Origin: Candidatus Daviesbacteria bacterium
GTDB lineage: Bacteria > Patescibacteriota > Microgenomatia > Daviesbacterales > UBA10151
Assembly: GCA_016183245.1 (NCBI GenBank)
Contig: JACPEY010000011.1
Location: 5,568-69,567 of the forward strand
Reading direction: 5' to 3'
DNA length: 64,000 bases
Numbering within the stretch: position 1 is the stretch's first letter; the number at the start of each line of letters is the position of its first letter. The notes under the pieces are model-generated. The model was not told where the DNA came from. It saw only the letters and a program-made list of their open reading frames with translations, and made no database searches. Positions 17,730 to 27,279 of this stretch are shown one piece after another. The position numbers were made by a program, and so were the translations under genes.

Positions 17730-18869
17730 GTGATATTTATTAAAAAAGTTGAGAGTTTTGGAAATGCATATTTTGATCCTTTACAGGATGATGTGGAGAT
17801 TTCTGTAAGGACAGGAAAATTACACCCAAATGACCGGGAGAAGATTTCTGAGATGGTCAAATCAGCGAATAAGAAATTGTTTATTCCCCACTACTATGAA
17901 TGGATTTTTGATGGTAGCGTTAAGTTGGTAGGAGTAAAGCTATATACTCCATCTATTATTGCTTCTGCTTCCTTTCCTGTCATTGCGAGGAGCGAAGCGA
18001 CGCGGCAATCCTCAACGAATTGGGAAGATCGCCACGCTATCGCTCGCGATGACAAAAAGGTTTCTGCAGTCAAGGTGTTTTTTGATTTATCAGTAGGGCT
18101 TACAATTGAAAAAGAGATAGACGGGGTATACATAGCTTCTGAGAAAATATTTGACCTTAACAAACCCGGAGAATCATTTGAGAATCTAGTTTTTAGACTG
18201 GTGGAATCTGCCATTACTTTTCCCCGTTCCCTGATACTTTTTAAACTGGCGGATAAATCAGAAGGCCTGCCTGACGGCAAGGCAGGCATGGGTAAAGTGC
18301 GCGGCAGTTTGCGGTTGCTTCATCAGAAAAGTTTATTTGATCCTCTTTTGGAAGTTTTAGATTTTGCCCGTCACAAAAAAGGACTGACAAATATTCATAT
18401 AGTCATACCATATGTGCGGGGTGTAAATGAGCTTCTAAAAATAAAAAGAGAACTGGCTGTCCGGAAGCTCTCCAGAAAAAATTCATTAGGGCATTGGATG
18501 GAAATAGCTTTACCGGAAAATATTATTAATTTGGAAGATTATTTGATTGCAGGGATTGACGGGGTTGTTTTAAACCTTGATGAACTGATTTCCCACTTGA
18601 ACGGATTTGATATCAAAGAAGAAGAGCTGATATTTTATAAAAATGAGGCAGAGGGGTTAATGAAGTTTTTAGAAGACGGCATTAGGCTTTTACATAAATC
18701 AAAAGTTCCTTTTATAGCATCCGGTACTTCAACTTTTAATCAAAAAATGTTGGAGTTTTTAGTGGAGAAAGGGGTAACGGGGGTGGTGGTAGAAAAATAT
18801 GAAGCTCACTCTGCTAAGGATTTATTGCATCAGACAGAAAGAAGGATAGTTTTAAGAAGGGTGGAATAG
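17730..18869 (+). CDS. PEP-utilizing-enzyme-like protein (resembles the C-terminal TIM-barrel of PEP synthase/PPDK) carrying an in-frame palindromic insertion.
   Basis: The blocks NIHIVIPYVRGVNELLKIKREL and IAGIDGVVLNLDELI resemble the PEP-utilizing barrel. The 25-aa segment VIARSEATRQSSTNWEDRHAIARDD is encoded by a 75-bp palindromic element. Confidence 0.35.
   Translation: MIFIKKVESFGNAYFDPLQDDVEISVRTGKLHPNDREKISEMVKSANKKLFIPHYYEWIFDGSVKLVGVKLYTPSIIASASFPVIARSEATRQSSTNWEDRHAIARDDKKVSAVKVFFDLSVGLTIEKEIDGVYIASEKIFDLNKPGESFENLVFRLVESAITFPRSLILFKLADKSEGLPDGKAGMGKVRGSLRLLHQKSLFDPLLEVLDFARHKKGLTNIHIVIPYVRGVNELLKIKRELAVRKLSRKNSLGHWMEIALPENIINLEDYLIAGIDGVVLNLDELISHLNGFDIKEEELIFYKNEAEGLMKFLEDGIRLLHKSKVPFIASGTSTFNQKMLEFLVEKGVTGVVVEKYEAHSAKDLLHQTERRIVLRRVE
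17979..18053. repeat. MITE-like palindromic element (GTCATTGCGAG...CTCGCGATGAC termini), 75 bp, in frame inside a CDS.
   Basis: The termini gtcattgcgag and ctcgcgatgac form a perfect 11-bp terminal inverted repeat. The 75-bp length (a multiple of 3) preserves the reading frame. Confidence 0.6.
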
Positions 18870-19535
18870 TAAAATATATTCGCCTTTGGGATTTTTGAGA
18901 GTTTCCAGCCAACTTGAAACTGGTTTTGTTTCAACGCTTTGGTGGATTTTGGTCAGTTCATGAGCCAAAGTGATATTAATGTTTCCAAAAACTTCTTTAA
19001 TGCTTTCTATAATCCTGATTAATTTATGTGGAGCTGCAAACATTATATATGTCATCTCCCCGGGTGTCCTATCTGATTCACCCCCCAGGTGGATAAACTG
19101 AGAAAGGAATTTTTTTCTATGGCCGGGCTTTTCCGGCGGGTATCCTAAAAACATGAATTTATCAGGTGGCAGGCCGGATAAAGTAAGTGCTGTGATTGCT
19201 GATGACGGCCCTGGTAAGGAATCAACTTTAACTTCCTGTTGCAAGCACTCTCTGATTAGTTTATACCCGGGATCAGAAATTAAAGGGGTGCCGGCATCAG
19301 AAACCAGGGCCAAATTTTGGCCGTTTTTTAGACGATCGACAATAGTTTGTACACTTCGGGCTTCGTTATAGTCATTTAAAATAATTAGAGGTTTATGAAT
19401 GTTATAGTGGTTCAATAGCAGGGACGTTCTTCTGGTGTCTTCACAAATAATTCCATCAACTGACTCAAGAGTCTCTAGCGCTCTTAGGGTAATGTCTTTG
19501 AGATTGCCGATAGGAGTGGCGACAATATATAGCAT
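18852..19535 (-). CDS. rsmI: 16S rRNA (cytidine1402-2'-O)-methyltransferase RsmI (tetrapyrrole-methylase family) carrying an in-frame REP insertion.
   Basis: The family motifs LYIVATPIGNLKDITLRALETL and ICEDTRRT are present. The inserted peptide HLGGESDRTPGE is encoded by REP copy 2. Confidence 0.8.
   Translation of the reverse strand: MLYIVATPIGNLKDITLRALETLESVDGIICEDTRRTSLLLNHYNIHKPLIILNDYNEARSVQTIVDRLKNGQNLALVSDAGTPLISDPGYKLIRECLQQEVKVDSLPGPSSAITALTLSGLPPDKFMFLGYPPEKPGHRKKFLSQFIHLGGESDRTPGEMTYIMFAAPHKLIRIIESIKEVFGNINITLAHELTKIHQSVETKPVSSWLETLKNPKGEYILLFHPS
19057..19094. repeat. REP-like palindromic element, copy 2, inside the rsmI coding sequence.
   Basis: The sequence ccccgggtgtcctatctgattcaccccccaggtgga matches the family consensus. 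Confidence 0.6.
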
Positions 19536-19555
19536 AAATTTGGGGCAAGAAAATA

Positions 19556-20179
19556 TTATCTTTTAAATTTCTTAATAATACTTGCTCTAATTTCAGCATC
19601 AACTAAGATATGATGCAGTACCGGAAGGATTGAGGCAAAAATGATTAGTCCGATAATAGGAAGAAGGTATTTATCAACATCAGGGATCAGGCTTCCCAGG
19701 TAAAACCCCAAAATAGGGATAGCAATGGCCCAAAGAATTCCTCCAATAAGATTAAACATCACAAACTTTTTGTACTGCATCAAGCCAACTCCGGCAACCA
19801 CAGGTGCGAAAGCACGTATAACTGGAACAAATCTTGCTAAAATTATAGTTTTACTGCCGTGCTTCTCATAAAATTTTTGAGCTCTTTCAAGATGATTCTT
19901 ATGAAACCAAATTGATTTTTCCTTATTAAAAAGTTTTCGTCCAAATTTTTGTCCAATGTAATAACCTACACTATCCCCTAAAACAGCAAAAATAAAGCTG
20001 CCGGCAACTAAAAATTTTATATCCAATACACCTTGCGAGGCTAAAAATCCAGCTGTAAACAAAAGAGAATCACCCGGGAAGAAAAAGCCTATCATCATGC
20101 CTGATTCCAGGAAGACTATGGCAAAAACCCCGAAATAACTAAAAGTTTTAATTAAGGTTATCAAATCGATTGGAAGCAT
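19556..20179 (-). CDS. DedA/SNARE-associated-family membrane protein.
   Basis: The motif FLESGMMIGFFFPGDSLLFTAGFLA is typical of DedA. Confidence 0.8.
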   Translation of the reverse strand: MLPIDLITLIKTFSYFGVFAIVFLESGMMIGFFFPGDSLLFTAGFLASQGVLDIKFLVAGSFIFAVLGDSVGYYIGQKFGRKLFNKEKSIWFHKNHLERAQKFYEKHGSKTIILARFVPVIRAFAPVVAGVGLMQYKKFVMFNLIGGILWAIAIPILGFYLGSLIPDVDKYLLPIIGLIIFASILPVLHHILVDAEIRASIIKKFKR

Positions 20180-20256
20180 ATCAAGTTATGATAGCAGAAA
20201 ATTCCAGAAGGGGGAAGAAGTAATTATGTAAGACATTAGTTTCTCCCAAAGATTTT

Positions 20257-20377
20257 GTCATCTTGACCCGCCTCTCAGCCGGAGGCAATGAGGGCGGGGA
20301 AAGATCTCTAGATTAATCTTGAGATTCCTCACTACGCCTGCCTGCCCTGCCCTGCCGGCAGGCAGGTTCGGAATGAC
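20257..20377. repeat. MITE-like palindromic element (GTCATCTTGA...TCGGAATGAC termini) with internal hairpins, intergenic.
   Basis: GTCAT/ATGAC terminal inverted repeats enclose internal palindromes cccgcctc...gagggcggg and cctgccctgccggcaggcagg. Confidence 0.5.
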
Positions 20378-20409
20378 AATTTACTGGGAAACTCTGAATA
20401 GTTACGTAA

Positions 20410-21027
20410 TTATTGGAACCTTCTGATTACCCCCACGCATTTGCCTTGAATTTTGACATCAGAAGCATAAATTGGAGACATGGAGGAATTAGCAGGTTCC
20501 AGTCTGATACGGTCTTTTTCTTTAAAAAAGCGTTTTAAAGTAGCCAGCCCGTTTTCCAAAAGCGCTACCACTATATCGCCGTCTGTAGCAGTATTTTGTT
20601 CTTCAATAATGACATAATCTCCATCTAAAATTCCGTCCTCAATCATAGAGTCGCCTTTAACCTGCAAAACATAAGATCGTTTTTTTCCTGAGACCATATT
20701 AGGGGCAACTTTAACTGTTGCATCAGGGTCTGTAAACGGCATAATAGGGGAGCCGGCTGCAATAAAGCCTAAAACCGGAAGCTCAATTCCTTTTAGAGTG
20801 GAGGAAATTTTCTGATCCAACACTTCAATTCCCCGAACAGCACCTTCGAATCTTTTGATAACCCCTTTTTGCGCCAGCGCCTGGAGGTGTTCGTGAACCG
20901 TAGCCAGGGAAGAAACTCCAATTGCTTCCGCAATTTCTCCCAAAGTAGGTGAGTAGCTGTATTTGTCGATATATTGCCTGATGAAATCCAAAATTTGTTT
21001 TTGGCGACGGTATAAAGTTATAGGCAT
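20410..21027 (-). CDS. lexA: LexA repressor (S24 peptidase).
   Basis: An N-terminal wHTH is present. The C-terminus carries the cleavage-site Ala-Gly in VLGFIAAGSP, the catalytic Ser in GDSM and the catalytic Lys in TLKRF. Confidence 0.85.
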   Translation of the reverse strand: MPITLYRRQKQILDFIRQYIDKYSYSPTLGEIAEAIGVSSLATVHEHLQALAQKGVIKRFEGAVRGIEVLDQKISSTLKGIELPVLGFIAAGSPIMPFTDPDATVKVAPNMVSGKKRSYVLQVKGDSMIEDGILDGDYVIIEEQNTATDGDIVVALLENGLATLKRFFKEKDRIRLEPANSSMSPIYASDVKIQGKCVGVIRRFQ

Positions 21028-21108
21028 GTATTTAACTTACCAAGAAAACCCGAAACTGTCAAGGGCCAAATTGTGCTCAGGTACAAGATATAGTAAAATG
21101 CTGAAGAA

Positions 21109-22710
21109 ATGATAAAAAAAGAATTTAGAGATTCGGGTATTGATATTGTTGGTAAGGTTCCCTGGGGAACGCATTTCTGTCAATTCTACAGGACCCAAAA
21201 AGATTTATCAGATGTTTTAGTCCGTTATTTTAAGGCCGGGTTGGAAAATAACGAATTTTGCGTCTGGGTTACTTCAGAATTTCTAACCAGAGAGGATGCT
21301 TTGAAAAGTTTAAAAAAGGTTATACCGAGGATTGAGCAATATCTAAAAAAGGGACAGATGGAGATTTTTCCTTATACTGATTGGTATTTAAAACAGGGTA
21401 AGTTTGAAATGAAGCGGGTTTTGAAAATGTGGGTAAATAAGCACAACGAAGGCTTAAAAAAAGGATTTGCAGGTTTGAGAGTCAGCGGCAACCCGTTTTG
21501 GATTGATAATAAAAAAGACTGGGATGATTTTGCCTCTTATGAGGCTGAAATTAATCGGGTTATCGGGCCGTATAAGCTTTTAGTGCTTTGTACTTATTCT
21601 TTGGAAAAGTGCAGTGCTGATGAAGTAATTGATGTAGTAACAAACCACCAGTTTGCCCTGATAAGAAGAAGGGGGAAACTGGAGCTTATCAAAAGTGCCG
21701 AGCAAAAAAAGGCTGAGGAAGAAATTGCTCATCTTGCATCTTTTCCCGAACTCAATATTAACCCAATTGTGGAAATAAATATACCGGGAGAGGTTATGTA
21801 CGCCAATCCTGCTTCAAAAAAACTTTTCCCCGGAATAAAGGAAGAGGGAATCAAACATACCGCACTTTTAGGGATTAACCCTGGCAGCACCAAAAAGTCC
21901 GGTCCTTTAATCCGGGAAATTCCCCTTGGTGATAAATGGTACAGGCAGGCTATAATTTATGTTCCGGAGGCAGACAGTGTCAGGATATACAACAATGACA
22001 TTACTGACAGAAAAAAGCTGGAGCAGCTAAAGGATGAATTTTTGGGGGTGGCCAGCCACGAACTTAAGACTCCGGTTACCAGTATTAAAGCCTATACTCA
22101 GATACTTCGCAAGATTTTTTATGATAAAGGAGATATACGTTCTGCTGAGATGCTTGGGAAAATGGAGGCTCAGGTAAACAGGATTATCGGTTTGATTGCC
22201 GACCTTTTGGATATTACTAAAATACAAACAGGAAAGATGCAATTTAATTATAAGTATTTTGATTTTAATGAAATGATTGATGAGGTTTCAGAAGATGTAC
22301 AACGAATCTCCCCCCAGCATGAAATTATTAAAGAACTTGCCAGGACAAAAACAATTTACGGAGACAGGGAACGTTTAGGACAGGTAATTACAAATTTTTT
22401 GACAAATGCTATTAAATATTCCCCTAAAAATGACCGGGTGATTTTAAAAACAGTAGTTGATGATAAAAAAGTTACCCTGTCGGTTAGGGATTTCGGTATG
22501 GGTATCCCTGAAGAAAAACGGCAAAAGGTATTTGAGCGTTTCTACCGCGTGGAAACAACTGGTGAACGGACGCCTACCGGTCTTGGATTGGGGCTTTATA
22601 TTTCATCAGAGATTATTAAAAGACATCAGGGGAAGATCGGCGTAAAAAGCAATACAGGCAAAGGTTCGACATTTTATTTTGTGGTACCTTTAAAACCGGT
22701 TCAGAAATAA
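21109..22710 (+). CDS. Cytoplasmic sensor histidine kinase with an N-terminal MEDS domain.
   Basis: The HxCxFY block (GTHFCQFYRTQKD) is characteristic of MEDS. The H-box ASHELKTP and HATPase G-boxes (GMGIPEE, GLGLGLYIS) are present. No TM is found. Confidence 0.75.
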   Translation: MIKKEFRDSGIDIVGKVPWGTHFCQFYRTQKDLSDVLVRYFKAGLENNEFCVWVTSEFLTREDALKSLKKVIPRIEQYLKKGQMEIFPYTDWYLKQGKFEMKRVLKMWVNKHNEGLKKGFAGLRVSGNPFWIDNKKDWDDFASYEAEINRVIGPYKLLVLCTYSLEKCSADEVIDVVTNHQFALIRRRGKLELIKSAEQKKAEEEIAHLASFPELNINPIVEINIPGEVMYANPASKKLFPGIKEEGIKHTALLGINPGSTKKSGPLIREIPLGDKWYRQAIIYVPEADSVRIYNNDITDRKKLEQLKDEFLGVASHELKTPVTSIKAYTQILRKIFYDKGDIRSAEMLGKMEAQVNRIIGLIADLLDITKIQTGKMQFNYKYFDFNEMIDEVSEDVQRISPQHEIIKELARTKTIYGDRERLGQVITNFLTNAIKYSPKNDRVILKTVVDDKKVTLSVRDFGMGIPEEKRQKVFERFYRVETTGERTPTGLGLGLYISSEIIKRHQGKIGVKSNTGKGSTFYFVVPLKPVQK

Positions 22711-22721
22711 CAGAATAATAA

Positions 22722-23078
22722 ATGACAAAGAAAAAAGTAATGATTATTGAAGATGATGAGGGCATTACAGATGTTTTGAGGACTGTTATTGAAATGTATG
22801 GGTATGAGGTTGTGGTTGCCGGCGATAATTCAATTATTGAAGATGTACAAAATAGTCTGCCTGATTTGCTTCTTATGGATGTCTGGATGAAAGAGTGCGA
22901 CGGCAGAAAAACTTGCCGGCATTTGAAAAATCAGGCTGATACAAAACATATTCCGATTATTATGGTTTCAGCAACCAGGGATTTAATTAAATCAGCCCGG
23001 GATTCTGGCGCAGATGATTTTTTGGAAAAGCCTTTTGAAATAGAAGACCTGGTTGGAAAAATACAGAAATTAATTTAG
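22722..23078 (+). CDS. Single-domain response regulator (CheY-like receiver).
   Basis: Receiver-domain motifs (the acidic pocket in IIEDDEG, the phosphoacceptor Asp in LLLMDVWM, and Lys in FLEKPF) are present with no output domain. Confidence 0.8.
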   Translation: MTKKKVMIIEDDEGITDVLRTVIEMYGYEVVVAGDNSIIEDVQNSLPDLLLMDVWMKECDGRKTCRHLKNQADTKHIPIIMVSATRDLIKSARDSGADDFLEKPFEIEDLVGKIQKLI

Positions 23079-23499
23079 GATTTGTGTCCGATAATCAGGT
23101 TGTCAACAAACCAGCCGTTGTTTTTCCTTGAAACTTTAGATACATCCATTTTTGGTTCATCGATCGGAGCGGTCCAAAGGGTGAATAACGCGCCAAAGAT
23201 TGACTCTTCAAATATTCTTTTAATTTTGGTATTGATTTTTAGCTTGCTCATTTTCATACTCAGTTGAAGGGTAGGATCAAGAATGCTTAGGTAGATATGT
23301 ATTTATTTGTCAGATCTTCCTGTTATTCTTGATAATTCTTAAATAGCTCATCCTATTTAAGTTTTTTCCTACCCCCAAACCTGAGTAATTTGCATGATAA
23401 ACTTTAAAAGTAAGAAGAGAACAAAGATAACGTAATAATTTTGTTAGAGGACTATTTGTTTCTGATATTTTCAGAATCAGTTGATTCTACTTAAAGTCA

Positions 23500-24690
23500 T
23501 CATGAATGAGATTTCCAAACCTTATCTATATTTATTTTGGGCAGACAGATTTCAACTGTAGTACCCTTATCTATTTTAGATTTGATAGAGATTCTGCCTT
23601 TATGTTCTTTGATAATTTGATGAGATAAATATAAACCCAATCCCATTCCTTCTTTTGTATTATTGGTTCCCCTGTAAAATCCTTCAAAAACTTTATTCAT
23701 ATCTTGTTGATTGATTCCCAAGCCATAATCCCTGATTTGAATTACTAATTCTTCCCCTCTTTTCTTTAAGAAAATATTAACCTTCTTAATTTTAGGAGAA
23801 AATTTTGTGGCGTTATCCAAAATATTATTTAAAACCTGGGTAATTTTATCGCGATCGCAAATTACATTTGCATCTTCTTTTGCAACTGTATTTTTGTAAT
23901 TCAGTTGATTATTAGGATAAGTTATTATAAAGTCTTCTATGGCTTTATCTAATACTTCAACTAGATTATTCTCTTGCCAATTATAATGAAAATGCCCCAA
24001 ATGGATGCGATTGACTTCTAAGAGTTCTTCTATAAGACGAGTCAGGCGAAGGGTTTCTCTATATATATCTTCAACCCACCTTTTTTCCAATCTATCCTCT
24101 CCAATTTTATTTCTGAGCAGTTGGGCATATCCACTGATGGTAGTAATGGGGGTACGGAATTCATGTGCAGCCATTGATAAAAAAAGATTACGTGCCTCTA
24201 AATTTGTTTTAGTTTCACTATATAGTTGAGTTTTATGGATCGCTAAGCTGGCCATAGATCCAAATAATTTGAGTATTGATAATTCTTTTTGAGTAAACTT
24301 CCTGAGGCGATGATGGGACATAATATTCATTACACCCATGCTTTTACCTTTATTAACTATTGGTATAAAGATTGTAGATTGGATTCCTGCTTTTACCAAC
24401 TCTGGATGAACCTCCTTAAAATCTTCCGCGTAGGTTACATAAGCCTTTTTTTGCGAAAAAGCGGTATAAGTAAAACCCCTTCTACGCATTTTTGGGGGGC
24501 CTAAAAAAGGCACATAGGCATACTTAATGCTTAGTTCGTTATTTTTAGCAAGAGCAAGGTAGCCTTCATCTGCTTGAACCAGTTTAATAGCCTCGTCGAT
24601 AATCGCCCGATAAGTTGCCTCAGGAGTTAAGGGTTGTAAAAAGCGGAGTGAGGCTTTGTTAATTTGTTCCAATACTTCTACTAAATCCAT
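23500..24690 (-). CDS. Cytoplasmic histidine kinase with an N-terminal GAF-like domain.
   Basis: The H-box AAHEFRTPITTISGYAQLL and HATPase blocks (DNATKFSP, GLGLYLSHQII) are present. Confidence 0.75.
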   Translation of the reverse strand: MDLVEVLEQINKASLRFLQPLTPEATYRAIIDEAIKLVQADEGYLALAKNNELSIKYAYVPFLGPPKMRRRGFTYTAFSQKKAYVTYAEDFKEVHPELVKAGIQSTIFIPIVNKGKSMGVMNIMSHHRLRKFTQKELSILKLFGSMASLAIHKTQLYSETKTNLEARNLFLSMAAHEFRTPITTISGYAQLLRNKIGEDRLEKRWVEDIYRETLRLTRLIEELLEVNRIHLGHFHYNWQENNLVEVLDKAIEDFIITYPNNQLNYKNTVAKEDANVICDRDKITQVLNNILDNATKFSPKIKKVNIFLKKRGEELVIQIRDYGLGINQQDMNKVFEGFYRGTNNTKEGMGLGLYLSHQIIKEHKGRISIKSKIDKGTTVEICLPKINIDKVWKSHS

Positions 24691-24699
24691 TTGAATATA

Positions 24700-26286
24700 T
24701 TACAAGATACGAACAGAGTCTTGGTTAGCTTTATAGAAATCAAGGTTTAGCCTGTTATCAGGACACATCCAATAATAACCATTAAATTCTGGGTTTGGTG
24801 CGATAGGAAATCTGTCACTGGTTAGCATATTTAAATATTTTATTAGTTTTCTTTCATTATCTATAACTGCCCATCTCAGCCAGTATTCACTAGGTGCTGA
24901 ATGTATGGGGTGTCCATCGCCAGATCTAAAGATGTCTTTTTTGTGGGCAGTATCTGAGGTTTGCTTATCGGGATAAGCATATATTGGATAATCTGTAACT
25001 CCTATAAGGGCATCATCTATATATGAGTGACCCACGCCAATAGTAATTCTTTTGTATTTTGTGCCTAGTAAATTGCGTAACCGATCCTCGTAGTTAGTAA
25101 TCGGTCTTCCTGGATTCGGATTATTCTTTGAGTAAAATACATCACCTGTTAGTTTGCCTGTAAACTGAGTGCCGCCCTCTGTTTCCCACTGTGCAGAGGT
25201 CACACTATCTATATTTAAGTGGTTTTTTAATACTTGTATTAACCAAGACGGTTCGATTCCTGCAAGAATGTTATTGAAGCCGTTGTTATTGCAGACTGCA
25301 AAAGCTGTTTCTGTTAAGGATTTAAAGCGTGGTTTTCTAGCAAAGTAATCTTTGGCATGTTGTATTACTGCTTCAATATTTTGGTCTTTTAAACCCGCAG
25401 CCCAAATAGTATTAATTGCTTCAGCTAATTTACCAGCATCATTAGGGTCGATAATACGGCGATCAATTAAAGATTCATATCTTTTGATTGTATCAATCAC
25501 TTCCGGCTCGAGAAGACCTGTTTTAACTTGATTTTTCATTAGATCGCACATAAGGTTTTCTCCTTTATAGAGTGATCCCGGTGTCCAAAATACATCTCCA
25601 AATGGATGCAACCTATCCTTACCATATGAGCCGCCTTTGTATTCTTGTTTAAATACACCCCCAACATGCCAAAACTTAGTACCATTAAAAGCTTCAACAA
25701 GATCAAAAATTTTTATATCCAATCCTTCCTGGTAAGTTATTTGCTCCAGACGCTTTCTGGGATAATAAGTGAAATCACGGGAGAATTCTTCATTTCGTTT
25801 GCTTCTTTCATGACCAAAGCCATCTAGAAAACTTGCAAAAAATGCTCTCGGACCTTGCAGTCTATCTCTACAGTCAGCCAAAAGCCTGGTAAATGCATCA
25901 GGTCTAATATGAATTAATGAAATATGGGCATAAATTGCTTCAATTCCTTCAGGAATTGAATCTTTGCTGGCATCAAAATATCCTGCTTGTAGTCCTTTTC
26001 TCCTTAAATCTTCAATAAAAGGATGTGAGATGTCTCCTGCTCGGTATTCATACTCTTTATGCAGTTCTAAAGCATCAAATCCTGGTCCAGGGCCTATCTC
26101 AAAGACTTTTTTAGTGCCCGGTGGTGCAATTAATTCCTCAAAGATCAGTACTCGTAAAGCAGGTGTGTGCCCGCCTCTAAGTCCTAATGGATTATGTTTT
26201 TTGTATAATTCGGCATGTAGATTGTATTGTGTGGAATTATAATCGGGATCTCTAGATCCAATGAAGGTTTCTTTTCTTCTATTCAT
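24700..26286 (-). CDS. Hypothetical 528-aa protein with an N-terminal class-I SAM-methyltransferase-like Gly-rich motif and a large C-terminal region of unknown function.
   Basis: The VFEIGPGPGFDALEL block resembles MTase motif I. The rest is unrecognised. Confidence 0.35.
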   Translation of the reverse strand: MNRRKETFIGSRDPDYNSTQYNLHAELYKKHNPLGLRGGHTPALRVLIFEELIAPPGTKKVFEIGPGPGFDALELHKEYEYRAGDISHPFIEDLRRKGLQAGYFDASKDSIPEGIEAIYAHISLIHIRPDAFTRLLADCRDRLQGPRAFFASFLDGFGHERSKRNEEFSRDFTYYPRKRLEQITYQEGLDIKIFDLVEAFNGTKFWHVGGVFKQEYKGGSYGKDRLHPFGDVFWTPGSLYKGENLMCDLMKNQVKTGLLEPEVIDTIKRYESLIDRRIIDPNDAGKLAEAINTIWAAGLKDQNIEAVIQHAKDYFARKPRFKSLTETAFAVCNNNGFNNILAGIEPSWLIQVLKNHLNIDSVTSAQWETEGGTQFTGKLTGDVFYSKNNPNPGRPITNYEDRLRNLLGTKYKRITIGVGHSYIDDALIGVTDYPIYAYPDKQTSDTAHKKDIFRSGDGHPIHSAPSEYWLRWAVIDNERKLIKYLNMLTSDRFPIAPNPEFNGYYWMCPDNRLNLDFYKANQDSVRIL

Positions 26287-26295
26287 AGAGTGAGT

Positions 26296-27060
26296 CTATC
26301 GAGTTAATGTATCTATAAAATTAATCACATCCTCAGGCTGTTCAGGGGATATAATTTTATAGGTCTTTCCGCAGCTCTTTAAATAATCATCAAATTCTGC
26401 AGCTGGTTGGCCACATACTATACTTACCTGCGCGGCTTCTACCAGTCCTTGATCATTTAATGAATCAACAAAGGCAAGAGATATTCTATTGTTACATCCA
26501 AATGCCGGATTCAGAAGTATCCTTGCCCATTCACCTTTTAATTTACTAGTCATAGGATTTCTGATTCCTCCAGTAATGATTGAATTCTTATCCCTTTTCC
26601 ATTCAGTGGCACAGAAGCCTGTCAAAGTATACTCCTCTTTTACAGCCTGCGCAACATAGTCCGGTTCTCCCGTACTAAGCCAGGTTTCGAATCCCTTCTT
26701 TTTTAAAAGATTAATGACAGGTTCAGTATATCGATGAAAGTTGTCTTTATTTCTGCTGACGAATTTTTTGGCGTGACTCAGCAGATTGTTATAATTTATG
26801 CCCTTACAACCGTCTGCCCATCTGGAATTAAGCTCGCATACGTTTGAAGTTTGGCCTCGTTGACGGCTTTGATATCCTTGAATTGATTCTAATATTGCAG
26901 GTACTGCTCCAAGAAATACCAGGCCTTCCTGTATTTGGTCCAATACTAATGCCTCCATGATCAGTCCGCGGTACATAGTGTCATCTAAATCAAAAAAAGC
27001 AACAGGTTTTTGTTGGCTAACATTTATTGGCTTATTTTCAACTCCGGTTCTCATAATCAT
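26296..27060 (-). CDS. HAD-superfamily hydrolase-like protein.
   Basis: Motif I DxDxT (FFDLDDTMY) and a late Asp-rich block (FVDSLNDQG) are present. Confidence 0.45.
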   Translation of the reverse strand: MIMRTGVENKPINVSQQKPVAFFDLDDTMYRGLIMEALVLDQIQEGLVFLGAVPAILESIQGYQSRQRGQTSNVCELNSRWADGCKGINYNNLLSHAKKFVSRNKDNFHRYTEPVINLLKKKGFETWLSTGEPDYVAQAVKEEYTLTGFCATEWKRDKNSIITGGIRNPMTSKLKGEWARILLNPAFGCNNRISLAFVDSLNDQGLVEAAQVSIVCGQPAAEFDDYLKSCGKTYKIISPEQPEDVINFIDTLTR

Positions 27061-27251
27061 AATATTTTTAAGTTAAAAACTATAATACTGTTTTATAACA
27101 TATTGAAACTATAATTGGGTAAGAAGATTGTAAGAATGGAGAAGTATCTACAGGCGACATCTTCTTACAAATCTCTTACCCTATAATGTATTTTTTTCTT
27201 ACTTTTTTAGGATATCTTGTAACAAATCTTACAGACGAAAGAAAGTAAGTG

Positions 27252-27279
27252 TTGACATAAGGAAATTCCATAATATAAT
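27252..27279 (+). promoter_or_regulatory. Sigma70-like promoter (TTGACA, 16-bp spacer, TATAAT) overlapping the annotated first ATG of the Pro/Thr-rich ORF.
   Basis: The sequence ttgacataaggaaattccataatataat was read directly. The true start codon is probably the downstream MQKML. Confidence 0.4.

Noticed and set aside
21028-21108. LexA box upstream of lexA.
   Set aside because: No convincing palindrome (neither CTGT-N8-ACAG nor GAAC-N4-GTTC type) was seen in the lexA upstream region. Only the uvrA upstream palindrome is reported, as a low-interest candidate.
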